DNA of 64,000 nucleotides from Gnetum montanum (lineage: Eukaryota; Plantae; Gnetophyta): NCBI GenBank assembly GCA_015680685.1, contig MNCI01001630.1, positions 124,478 to 188,477 on the forward strand. The letters are read 5' to 3'. This document shows positions 1-12,000 of the stretch, in pieces. Numbering within the stretch: position 1 is the first letter of the stretch; each line of letters starts with the position of its first letter. The notes beneath the pieces were generated by a model. It ran no database searches and was not told where the DNA came from. It was given only the letters and a program-made list of their open reading frames with translations. A program made the translations under genes and the position numbers.

Positions 1-448
1 GTATGATTGGTTTTGAGTGTAAAGTATAATTTTTTGCTATTTCAATAGTGACTTTGATTAATTTGCTTAGTGGTAAAGTTACTTAGGAATTCTAGGAATA
101 GTTACATCAGCCTAGCATGTGTATAGAAAACCAAGAATGGATACTTATCACTATAGGCCAGAATAGCTTTATCTTCTCATTGTACTTAGAGATAGAAATT
201 ACATTCATTTGTACTATGTATACATTTAGTATACTTAAAACCAACCAATATCATCTTATTATATACCTCACTAAGAGTTAAACCATACTTTTTACACCTC
301 ACTAACTCTAAGTGAAAAGACAATGATCATGAACTTACTATCAACTCACCAGTATACTTACATTTTCCATCCAAGAATTACAATATAGCCACACATAAAC
401 ACTTATGACCTATATGGTTTAATGTTGGAATTTTCTAACTGCTTATCA
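1..448 (+). repeat. 3' part of the 5' LTR of A1
   Basis: Ends in TATCA directly before the PBS. The last ~50 nt resemble the LTR ends at 8640-8685 and 50550-50599. Confidence 0.7.
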
Positions 449-449
449 T

Positions 450-467
450 TGGCATCATTGTGAGGGA
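450..467 (+). other. PBS (tRNA-Asp type) of A1
   Basis: TGGCATCATTGTGAGGGA is a decayed form of TGGCGCCGTTGCCGGGGA, the complement of the plant tRNA-Asp 3' end typical of Athila elements. Confidence 0.75.
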
Positions 468-1559
468 TGTGTTAATGTTTTCTAGTTAGTTGATTTTATA
501 CAATTCATTGTATTAAGAATATTCAAGTCTATCTTTCCTACTTAACATATTTTTTCAAAATACACATACACTTAAGCATCAACCACATTAATAGGCTTCC
601 ATATCCAAAGTGAAATCTCCACCTACTATTGATCTTAATGAAAGTAATAATAGAGATTATAATAAAGAAGATTGGGGTGTACTAATGCAAATAAGAATCT
701 CATATGCTCATAATAATCCTTATTGTCTTGATTTTACATTCATTGTCTACTAGGATGAACAATTAAGATGGAGAGACTTATAAAACAACATTGTCTTATA
801 ACCAAAACATTCAGCACCATCTATGCTTTAAGCAATCTTCATGAGGTCAAATCCTAGCCATGTGCAAGAATGGTACCAAGTTACCAAGAACATGACTATG
901 TGATATCAACCACCAAAGGCATAAGTAAGAAAGGATGCAATCATGATAGCAAGATATAAAATGGAGAAAGGAAAGAAAGCATCACACACAATTATTCTTA
1001 GTGGGAAAAAAGAAGAAGATTCATATAAAGCTAAAACATCTCACAAAACTCATAGATCCAATTCTTAAACACTAGTCATATACATCAAAGATCTTGTAAA
1101 AACAAAATTACATTTAACCCTTGTAGAAATTCTAAGAAGAGATGAGGCAAACTCCAGAATTTGGGGGACTATAAGGTATAAAACATCATATAGATCAAGA
1201 AGGGATGAATCTAGGCATCATAGAGGGAGAACCAGCCAACACCATTCTCCAACTCCTCCATCCTCTTCATCACACTTATCAACAAAATTTGATAAGGAAG
1301 AATGAAGAACAAGGAATTATAATAAGGAAAGGAGAGGGGATCATGAATGGCATGCTAATAGAAGAAGAAGGCATCTTGAAAACATGGAAGATAACAAAAA
1401 AATAAAGAAACAAAAATTACACATCAGAGAAGAGAACATCATGAGCATAGAAGTGGTCCCTACTACAATAGAGCTTACAAACTTGAAGACTATAAAGAAC
1501 CCATACTACCCACTCGTAGTATGATCAATATTTAAGAATTAGTGTACATACCTACAAGG

Positions 1560-2330
1560 CATCTAAGGAATAGTCACATCAAGTGACTTAATATGAATAA
1601 TATTCCAAAATTTGAAGGACGATATAATGAAAATCCGCAACATCACCTCCAAGACTTCCATGATGTTTACACCTTATAGAATATACAAAATGATTGGTAG
1701 AAATTAAATTTATTTTCTAGAAAAATTACAAAGAAAGTAGAAAGCTAGTGTAAATCCTTAGAACTGGAAGCAATCAAAAGATGAAGTACCATACTAAAAA
1801 TTTTTAATGATAAATACCAAACGTATTCCATAATATCAAACTTAAGAAAATAAATCCAAGGATGAAAGCAAGGGATACATAAATCCCTTGATGTAGCAGT
1901 GGACAAATACTATTAATTATTACATAGATGCCAAGGCCATGGATGTTCTCAAAGGGAATAACTATGGCACATCATTGATGGATTAAGGGATAAGACCAAA
2001 GAGATCCTTAGAATATATGCCTAGGGTAGATTATTAGAAATGAGTGCTCATTCAATTTAAAGATTACTAGATGAGGTAGAGAAAGAAGAATAAGAGCTGC
2101 AAAAAAGGGAATTCACTGGAGAGTATAATAGAGGCCCAACCATTAGAAAAAGAGATATAAGGATATGTGAAATAGAAGAAGATGAAACTTTAGAATATGT
2201 GATCTAGTGAATGACTCTACCTATTCAAAAATAAGTCAATGATACTCTAACAAATGTAGAGAAAATGTGGGACTTTATGAATGAAAAATTTGCCACATCA
2301 CTAAAGATAGTAGAAGAGAAAATTGAATAA
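1560..2330 (+). pseudogene. gag: gag (Retrotrans_gag-like) of A1
   Basis: NNIPKFEG..NPQHHLQDFHD..KLNLF..KSL..IKR..FNDKYQT aligns with gag at 9090-9600 and 51000-51500; many stop codons. Confidence 0.8.
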
Positions 2331-3261
2331 GCCTTCAACAAATACAAAAAGACAAGAAGAAGAAAAAAGATAATGAACATGAAGGTTATAAAAACAAAGG
2401 AAATTTTACTACAATTAATAAAATTATAGATACAATCTCTAAAGATAACATTAATTACAAAGTGTGCTAGTATGAACATCATAAGGGATGTTGTCTTGTC
2501 ATGGCTCACTTACAAGAGTCTAAGGCATATGTACTAGATCCAAAGTTTATCAAAAAATTTGCAAGATGATTACCTTATACACAAGCTAATTACAAACAAC
2601 CCTATCAACAACCATATTATCTAATAAAATCTTATCCTCAACCACAAAAGTAATACTAGTAGTAGTGACAACAACCATAGTCATGGGGATGTTATTGCCA
2701 AAGCAACAATATACATGCTGACAACCAAATCCTTATGGATACTATGTACAGCATCCTATATCTCCTTAAAGTATTCCTCTCTATGCTTCTTCTTCCTATC
2801 ATCTAGTAGAATATGACAAGCCTATGATCCCATTCATAGATTCATATCCTTACACATTCGAACTAGTAGAAGGTCCATCCTATCAATCACTCGATCCTTT
2901 ACCACCAATACCACCACCATTCATGTAAGGGAAACTGCCGACATAGCCTCAGCAAAAAAGTGCTATCATGATATTTAATATACAAAGAGAGGTTCATACT
3001 AGTAATACAAGAGTAAAATCTAGAAAATATCCTTTATTTAGTACAAGTCTAAAAAAGGCTAATAGAGCAAGAACTTCATCCAACCATGTTCCTCTTATGA
3101 TAGATCCTCCTGCAACCACCATGCCTTCACAACAAACAAACCAAAAGCTTAAAACTATCATGTTAACTAATACAATATCAAATTGGATAAAAGTAGGAAC
3201 TCTTCCTAAGAAATTAATATATCTTGAAACCCCTCTGATTTAATTACAAATTGCCAAAAAT

Positions 3262-3570
3262 TCACCATGTAAAACTCTACTAGACTCTGGTTCTAAAGTC
3301 AATTTAATATCTCAAAAAACATACAAGGCATGAAACCTATCATCATTAAAGAAACACAATTTAAGACTAGAGCTTGTAGATTGATCAATCACTATTCCTT
3401 TGGGATAGATAGAAGATGTAATGACCACTATCAATGGATGGTCTTATTTAGCAGATTTTCTTCTAATCAATGTAAAGTATGATAACAACAACTTTTCTAT
3501 CATTATGAGGAGAGCATGACTTAGCACAATTAATGCTAAGTTAAGAATAAGAATATTATCTTGGAAAATG
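3262..3570 (+). pseudogene. retropepsin aspartic protease of A1
   Basis: LLDSGSKVNLI ... LELVD.SITIPLGIIEDV ... ADFL ... IIMRRA.L. Confidence 0.85.
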
Positions 3571-5355
3571 TCTATGAAAGATGAGCAAGAAGTAATATAA
3601 ATGCAAAGAATTCCATGTATTACTTACGATGGAGAAGAATACAATTATGAATTGAAAGTCCAAAACATTAATGCAATTCTTACACTAGCCCATAACAAAT
3701 TTGAAAAATAAGTGTGTATGTAAAAAGAAATAATGGCCACTAAACCAAAACACACCCAATGGTTATGATATGAAAACATAAAACTATCCAAGACATGCAT
3801 GGAAACATCCAACCCACTTATTAACTTCTACTCCAAGAAAATGATCCAAATAAAGAACTTATAGAAGAATATCCTAAACCATGACCATACACCAACAATA
3901 AGTATTGAACATGAAAACTCAAAATATAAAATTAAGAATAAACAAAAAACATATTTGGACCTTCTAAAATGGAAAGAACATCTTATCCAAATAGGATATG
4001 TATCTTCAAATGATCAAAACTTGACTATCATCAATGTTACCTAAGATAATAAACAAAAATATAAATCACTAAGGATGATAAACAAGAAACTTAGAGTGTA
4101 TAATCCTAGGGACATATGGTCCATTTTCCAAATACTCATCCATAAGTTCAATCATGGGGGAGGTACCCTAACTTGAATTAGGAATTAATAAGTGCATTTT
4201 AACTTTTTTGTTTTATAATTTTTGTCATAATTTTCTAAATTTTTTATATTTTCTTCATTCTTTAATATTTGTTTCTATTCTTTAATATTTTTCACATTTC
4301 TTATCATTTCTCCTTCTTTAGAATCTTCCAAGTTCTTTATATGTTTTTCTATTCTTACATATTTTTTCATTCTTTTTATAGTCTTACCAATTCTCATGTA
4401 CATATTTTTGTTAATCTTTCTAATAAAGTATAAAGGAATAAGCAAGATATAGTCTCAATAATAAGAATTTTATCCTGTGTTATCAAATCATTAAAGCATT
4501 TATTTTATATACAATGAGAGCAACTCATCCATCCCCTCATTTCCAAAAACAAAGGATCTTACCATGGACAAAATGAAATTCTTTTCACAATAAAAATAAA
4601 TAAATTTATGATCATTATGCCTAGATGGAAAGGTGAAGAACCAAGAGGGGATGAAAATGGTGTGACATAAAAAGAATTTGTAGATTCTCTAAAGCTACAA
4701 CTATGAATCTTCTTATATTGTTAAGTTGTATTATTTACTTCAATTTTAATGAAAAATGGAAGTGTGTTCTAATATAAGTGATGTCTTGCCATGTCACTAG
4801 AAAGACATGTTACCCATGCTTGAAGGTAGTTCTCTAGTAAGGTTCACACAGTAATGACATAACAAATACACATAATAAAAAATTTTGGGAGTTCCACTAG
4901 AAAAACATGTTACCTATGCCTAAACATAGGTGACTTCTTAGAGATTTCAAGGTTTCTTGGACTTGCATTGGTTATGGGGCTAGGAAGATATTTTACCCAT
5001 ACTTGAAGGTACTCCTTTGTCCAATAGCCAAGTCTCCTTTCAAATAAACTATTTATTTAATAAATTTCTTCCTAGCACTTCATTTTTCAAGTATTGATAT
5101 TTCTTGCAGTTGTGATAGTATTATGGTTGTCAATTTTAGAATGATACAATGTGATGTCACTAGTAAGTGGTAATGTGACATCGTGTTCCTAGATGTCGTA
5201 AAAATGCGAACGCCTAATTTATTATATTCATCATGGATAACATATTAGAAATATTATAAACACTTAAATAATGAATTAATTATCAAATAAATAACTGATA
5301 TTGAAGAATTAAGTAAGGAAAAAAATGGAAAATTTATATTAATGGAAGAGAGTAT

Positions 5356-5680
5356 TGTAACACCCTTTTGGGTTTGTCTTCCTATACCACTTAGGCCTTA
5401 GAGGAAATCTAGCACTGCCACCATAGTTAGGCTATCCTACCAAAGGGGTGATCAGTCTCTTTTTGTCCACTTCACCTAGCTCCTGTTACTCACCTCTCCA
5501 GGCTTCGCAACTCCATGCTGGCATGACCTCTAACCCCGACCTTAAATGGCATAGGTCAAACCCTTTCCCAAGGGATACATAAATAGTCATAACTCCTCAT
5601 AATGAGGTGCCCCTTCATTAAAATGTTAATTACATTTTTTTACAATTGTTTCTACCCTTAACAAGGGATGATATGTTACA
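5356..5680. mobile_element. solo LTR (325 bp) inserted in A1
   Basis: TGTAACA...TGTTACA termini, flanked by AGTAT (5351-5355) and AGCAT (5681-5685): a 5-bp TSD with one C>T change. Confidence 0.75.
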
Positions 5681-6199
5681 AGCATGAACTTATTTTAGAT
5701 CTTGGACCAAAAGGCTAATCTTCATTTTAACCATATATTACACATAGAATCCATTATGCTTATGGTAAGGCATCTCACATTTCATTTTTTGGAATCCCTA
5801 CTACTATCATTTCACCTCACTATTATATATAATTATAATTTGATGATTTTATATAATATAGTATCATTTTCTTATAAAGGAAATACTAAACATGTGTATT
5901 TTGGAAGATAGGTATGATTTACATTCCACTTCTTGAGTGTTTATGGATACTTGTAGGTGAGGTTATACAAGGACATTAAGGACAAGAGCCTACTTTGAGG
6001 AGGATCCACTTGTATAAATCTTGTGTTTCATACTTGATGACTAGTTCCACATCATCTTATACCTCCTAAATACTTTAGCAATAATTTTTATCTCCTAACA
6101 TATTCATACTCACTCATAAGTTTAGCAATTTTGATCAAATTATTTCCTAAAAGCTTAGTTGACTTACCTTACCAAAAATCCTTCTTTAACATACTTTTG

Positions 6200-7882
6200 A
6201 CATCAGAGCCTCATATTCTAAGCATCATCTATGATCAATAATTTTTTGGATCATCTTTGCATCTTCTAGACTATTTATTTCATCTATTTATGATTGTAAA
6301 GGAAATACAAAACTTTAGAGAGAATATAGCAGATTATCCACTGCAAAGAAGATATACTTCAAAATTAGGACATATGACATCTTCCCAATCAAAATACTTA
6401 ATAGGATTTTCACATATGCTACCAAAGAAACTAATATCTTGATGGAGAAATTTCAAGCTAACATCATCCATCTATTAATACTAGAAATCTAAAGAAGGCT
6501 TGAAGAGAAGAAGATAGGGAAACCCACTCTTCCATTTCCTTGTCTTATTAGAATGTTATGTAGAAAAGCTAGAATTTTAGGCTCTATTGCTTCTTCAAAG
6601 AGTCCAAAATGCTTCATACATAGAAATCTCTAAGTTAGTACCACCTAAGAAAGATTAAGTGGAAAAACTAGCAAGCAATAAGGCTACAATAAGATTAACA
6701 CTAATAGCAAACCTTCCAGCCAAAAGCACAAAACAAGCAAGATCTTGTGGATCAACCCCAACTGTAGAATGAGTAGGACAGAGTGCTCCACCAGCATAAC
6801 AAGACTATAGATCTTTCATGAGCCATCTACAATAGATATTAGAAATAATCAATTTGGGTAGTAGGGAAGTATCAAGCATGTACAAATTAAGGAATAATCC
6901 CAATAAAGCTACCATATCCATAGGACCTACCAAAGATCAAGCACATTTTCAAGTAGAAGATGATGATTGGGCACAATAAATCTTAGGAAATACTACATCA
7001 TTCCAAGTGATGTTAGAAACTATAGAAAGAGCTACTGTAGTGATAATCAACACCAAGATGTAGCCGAAGTAATAGAAGTTATAATAGATCATATAAAGAA
7101 ATCATTTGATGTTCCCATTGTATATTTGACAAATATTTCTGGAGCTAAAGATGTCAAAACATTAGCCAAAAATTTTAGAAAAGAAATAATAATTCCTACA
7201 AAACATGAAGATTTCTTGGAGATACTACTGTAAATAGAAAAAGTCATGTAAAATCTTTTTGATATAACTATAGTACAGTCAAAACTAATATCCGCCAAGG
7301 AAAAGCTAGTCATGACAAAAAAAATGATGCAACATGCAGAAAATGAAGTACAGAGACTAGAAGAAAAATTAGCTACATTAAAAATTGAAAGGCAAGATCC
7401 TGCACAACACATAACATGAGACCATCTTGTATAATTTAAAAATGAGAAAGTTAATCAATTGATGATCAAACAAAAGCAAATAGAGATATAAAAAGAAAAG
7501 GTAGTATGGAAGGCTTTAGTAGTAGATGCCCAAACATACCCTCATGCTAAGGTCCTTACTACATTAGAAGAATAGGAAAAAGGATTGTTGCAAAGAACTT
7601 TAGGTTGAAAAATATTGAGAAACAAAAGAACATACTTGAAAAAAGTATCCAATAGCTAAAACAGCAATTCACCAAAGTTAACCTTGCCATGAGACAATCA
7701 GTCCATGAGAACAAAATCTTATCAATGGAAGAAGTATGGGTAGTTCAATAGAACTCAACTATTGAAATCAATACATGATAAAATGAGGCCAACAATCATG
7801 AAAGACTTTAGGAGCATTTCATAAATCAAGTGGACATGTACAAACAGATCAATGAAAAAGAGATCCAAATCACCAAAGAGGC
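6200..7882 (+). pseudogene. Athila-like accessory ORF of A1 (partial)
   Basis: GKPTLPFPCLIRMLCRKARI, VIIDHIKKSFDVPIV and a coiled-coil tail ending EKEIQITKE; homologous to 54660-57479 and 61772-64000. Confidence 0.75.
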
Positions 7883-8685
7883 CCCATCGATGCAATGTAT
7901 GTATTTAGCTATGAATACATGTCCACCGGCCACATCTATGGCAATTGATATTTTAGTAATAGTGAAGCTTTTACATTTTGTTCATTTGAAAGTTAGAATT
8001 TTTCTCCTGAGTGCCCACAGTAGAAGTCATTGAGTGTACGAATCTTTATTTGAGCATTGTTGTACTTGAGCATGATAATGTGTGCCACAATAAAGAAAAG
8101 CTTTCTAATAAACCTTGTAGCACTTTGGATAGATTAAATATTCTATTTATACATGTAATGTTTTCAATTATTTATTAAATATTTTCCAAAAATTAAGTTG
8201 ATGAAGTAATTAAGCAAGATAGATTAAACACATAAGTACGATTTCTTTGAGCATAACACATATTCACTTGGTAATCCCAACAACGTTATTGCTTGGTACA
8301 CCTAGTAGCATAGCGCTTGGTAACCTAGCAGTGGATACGTGGGTTCAAGACATGTGTAAAAAGTGGGACTAGATGTTTATGTTAGGACTAGTTAGACACT
8401 AGTTAGTTAGTTAATTTAAACTAGTTGGTCCAATTACTTTTATCTCCCTTTGAACACCAAATCATAAAATATAAAATGATAAAAATTAAATGCCTTAATT
8501 ACACTTAATCATACCAATGTGCATCACAAGTGTAATTGGAAAGAAAATGATTGACTTTAAGGTAAAGATTCACTTTCTAGAAGACTGGTGCACCAGAAAC
8601 TACAAAGTCTATGAAATTTGACTAGATTGCATGTGAATGCTTGTGATTTGTATGGTTGGGCATAGAGGTATTTTGCCACTCATAA
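7883..8685 (+). repeat. 5' LTR of A2 (5' end apparently truncated)
   Basis: 7960-8685 is collinear with the D LTR (CTTTATTTGAG, ACAATAAAGA, CTTGGTAATCCCA, GTATGGTTG...ACTCATAA). No clear TG start. Confidence 0.65.
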
Positions 8686-8686
8686 T

Positions 8687-8704
8687 TAGCACCATTGCAA
8701 AGGA
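8687..8704 (+). other. PBS (tRNA-Asp type) of A2
   Basis: TAGCACCATTGCAAAGGA is a decayed TGGCGCCGTTGCCGGGGA, immediately after the LTR end. Confidence 0.7.
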
Positions 8705-8761
8705 ATTTGTTTTTTGAAATGTGCACTATCTAGGAGTAGTAAATATTGTTAATATTGTTGA

Positions 8762-9800
8762 ATGAACTCAAGGTCAACATCACTCTCAACAGCTAATTTT
8801 GAACATTCCACCTTCCTCTCCATCCTCTTCATCCAATTTTGAACATTCTTCTTCATCTGCTAATTCTCATAGAATCCACCATCAAAATAATCATGATGAA
8901 GGTGATCAACGAGACAACAATTATCGTGAAGGACACCAAGACTAAAGGGGTGTCCAAAACCATCATTGGTGTCAACAACATAGTGATGATGATGAACCTA
9001 TATTGGCAACTCAAATTATGCTCAACATTGCATAGGCAATTATAATTCCAACCAAGCATAGGAAAGATAGCCATATCAAGTGCTTAGACATGAATAATAT
9101 CCCAAGATTCATGGGGGGATACAATTCTGATCTGCAAACACATCTACAAGTTTTCCATGATTCCTATACCTTACAAAACATAGAAGATGAATGGCAGAAA
9201 CTCAAGCTCTTCCCTAGGACATTCGTTAAGGAAGCTTAAAGCTGGTACCCATCCTTGAGACCAAAATCCATTTGTTGATGAAGTACCATGTTAAAGTTGT
9301 TTAATGACAAATACCAAACATACTCCAGAGTGTCTAATCTAAGAAGGCAAATCCAAGGCTAGAAATAAGGAACACATGAACCCTTGGATGCCACCATGGG
9401 AAAATATTATTCACTCTTACACTAATGCCCTGTCCATGGCTATTCTCAAAGGGAAAAACTTTGCCACATTATACATGGGCTTAGAGCAAAAACTAGAAGA
9501 ACCCTTGGGGTTTATGCCCAAGGAAGATTGTTTGAACTGAGAGCTCATCAAATCCAAAGGCTAAATGAGTAGGTAGCAAAATAAGAAGGTGAGCTATGCA
9601 AAAGGGAATGTGTGGAAGAATATAATAGGGACCCTTCCATCAGGAAATGAGAGGTCTAATTTTGTGACGAGGAGGAGTCATCGCTCGATGAAGTGGTGAA
9701 TAGGAAAACCTTGCCCATCCAAAAATCTATTTCTAATATTTTGATAAAGGTTGATAAATTATAGGACTCTTTGGATGAAAAATTTTAAACTACTACGAAG
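8762..9800 (+). pseudogene. gag: gag of A2
   Basis: MNNIPRFMGGYNSDLQTHLQVFHD..WQKLKLFPRT..WYPSLRPKSI. Confidence 0.8.
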
Positions 9801-10779
9801 ATCACTAAAGAATCTAAAGATTCAAATAGTGATTGTAACTGCATGAGGTAAAAAGAAGCTAAATGTGCTTACCAAAGAGGTAAGGGAAAAGTTGCAGCCA
9901 TAGAGGAAGTTGTGGAAACCAACTCTGATGATGAAATTAATTATGAAATTTGTTAATACAAATATGCAAAGCATTTTTACCCTATAGTGTCACACTTACA
10001 ATAGTTTGGGATGTATGCATTGAATCCTTGACTAGCACATAGGCAAGAACTTAGATGATTACCTTATCCTCAAGGCAATCTAAGGCAGTTCCACCAACAA
10101 CAATAAGCTTACTACCCAAGTGAAGCTCCTCCACAAGCTTATGAACAATATCAACAATGGAATCAACCAAAATTATGAAAATGCCACTTCCAAGACAACA
10201 GTACCCTTATAGGCAACCAAATCCATACGGGTACTATGTTCAGCAATCCATCTCCCCAAGAAGTTCTACAAGTCATACCTCATTTTAACATCACTATTAC
10301 CCTTTGGAGTACCACTGAACACATTCACCATCTAGTTGAGGGGTGAACCCATATCCATACCATCCTCCACATTTATTTGCACACACACCTCCACCTTCAA
10401 CCTAGTTACCTCCTACTCCATCCATGCAAGGTGAAATTCCTCCATAGCCATAACAATGAAATGCTACAAGGGCTATACATTCACAATCAATTTTCCAGCC
10501 AAGTGATTCAAATAATCTATCTAGAAAAATACACTTCTTTCGACCTAGTAGTCCTATCCAACCCTCATAACTTAGTGTAGCTAATCATCCTGCATCTCCA
10601 ACACCTTCAACCTCTACGTTAAATATCTTTGAGTGCCATTCAAACCAAGTGCTGCCTCAAATTCACACTATAATGCTAACTCATGCTATTTCCAACTAGA
10701 TAAAGACTAGCAATTTTCCCAAAAAAAATATCTAACCCAAGAAGTCCACTCATTTACCTAAAAATCACTAGACATGAGC

Positions 10780-11075
10780 CATGTAAGGCTCTTATTGACT
10801 CTAGTTCTAGAGTTAATCTCATCTCCCATGACATGTAAAAGGCCTAGAACCTACCACCTCTCAAGAAGAGCAACATTTGTCTAAAATTGGTAGATCAGTC
10901 AATTACTATCCCTCTGGGATTAGTAGAGGACATTGTAACCATAAGTTGTGAGTGGTCCTATCCTACTAATTTTTTGGTGATTAAAGTTAAAAACTACAAA
11001 AGTGACTTCCCCATCATTATGGGAAGACCTTGGTTAAGCATTGTTGATGCATGTATGGGCATAAGGGATCTCTCT
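10780..11075 (+). pseudogene. aspartic protease of A2
   Basis: ALIDSSSRVNLI ... LVDQSITIPLGLVEDI ... PIIMGRPWL. Confidence 0.85.
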
Positions 11076-11629
11076 CTAGAAATCTCCAAAGAAAATGAAT
11101 TAGGAAAAATAGAGAAGAAGCATATTCCATGCATCATGTACAATGATAACAGGTGTAATTGCATGTAAAATATTTAGTCCATCAAAAGTACATACATTAA
11201 AGCATGCAATCAGTGTGTGTAAGAAATCAATATTCAAAGGTGTCTGTATGTAGTAGCCACAAAATAGGAGGATATCTAGTGGCTGATAGTTGACTTTGAT
11301 AGTAGCACATTATGCATGGAACCATTTGAGAGCCTAACATGTGCTTATGTTAAAGACATGGACAAACTTGAACAAGTTCATTCCCAAATCTCTAACAAAG
11401 ATGATGATACGTATTGGGGAGAGTTGGAAATCTCTGATAACTTCAAGTAGGAGCCCCTAAAGCTAAAAAATTTACTAGCTGACATGGAATATGCATTTTT
11501 AAACAATTGCAAACTGGTCATAATTAATGTAAACCTTTCTCCTGAATAAAAAGAAAAGTTGTTAAATGTGGTTAACAAGTGGCAAATAGACTTTTCTTGG
11601 TCATATCTTGAGCTAACAGGAATCAATCC

Positions 11630-12000
11630 AACGATATGCTAGCATTGCATTTACACTAACTCAACCATGAAGCTTAGAAGGTAGCCACAAAGGAAACTGA
11701 ACCTTAAATTAAAGCAGATCATCAAGGAGGAAATTGAATAACTCCTCAAGGTGGGGTTCCTCTATCCCATTGTGGATAGTGAGTGGGTTAGCCCATTCAT
11801 AATTGTGCTAAAGAAAGATGGCAAGTGGTGGGTTTGCATTGACTTCAAGCTATTGAATATGACAACATTTAAGATCATTTTCCATTGCCATTTGTGGATC
11901 AAGTGTTGCACACCATACCTGAGCATTGTTACTATAGTGTCTTGGATGGTTATAGTGGCTATAACCAAATCCAAATTTTTCTAGAAGATAAGGCCAAGAC
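11630..12000 (+). pseudogene. pol: RT of A2, N-terminal part
   Basis: QRKLNP..IKEEIE.LLKVGFLYPIVDSEWVSP..KKDGKWWVCIDFKLLN..LDGYSGYNQI..EDKAKT, cut by the insertion of B. Confidence 0.9.

Larger units (their letters stand above)
1..7882 (+). mobile_element. Athila-like Ty3/gypsy element A1 (non-autonomous: gag, protease, accessory ORF; no RT/RH/INT); 5' LTR runs off the window, 3' end truncated
   Basis: LTR end ..GCTTATCA (448) is followed by a tRNA-Asp-type PBS. Gag, protease and accessory-ORF remnants are collinear with A2 and D. No RT motifs between the protease and the T-rich post-pol region. Confidence 0.8.

Noticed and set aside
5175-5350. Possible extra LTR fragment starting TGTGACATC or TGTCGTAAAA
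   Set aside because: No matching terminus or TSD found.
1-8685. 1-448 and 8240-8685 as the LTR pair of one element
   Set aside because: They are far more diverged than the true pairs in the window; the second is followed by a PBS and gag and has no PPT before it.
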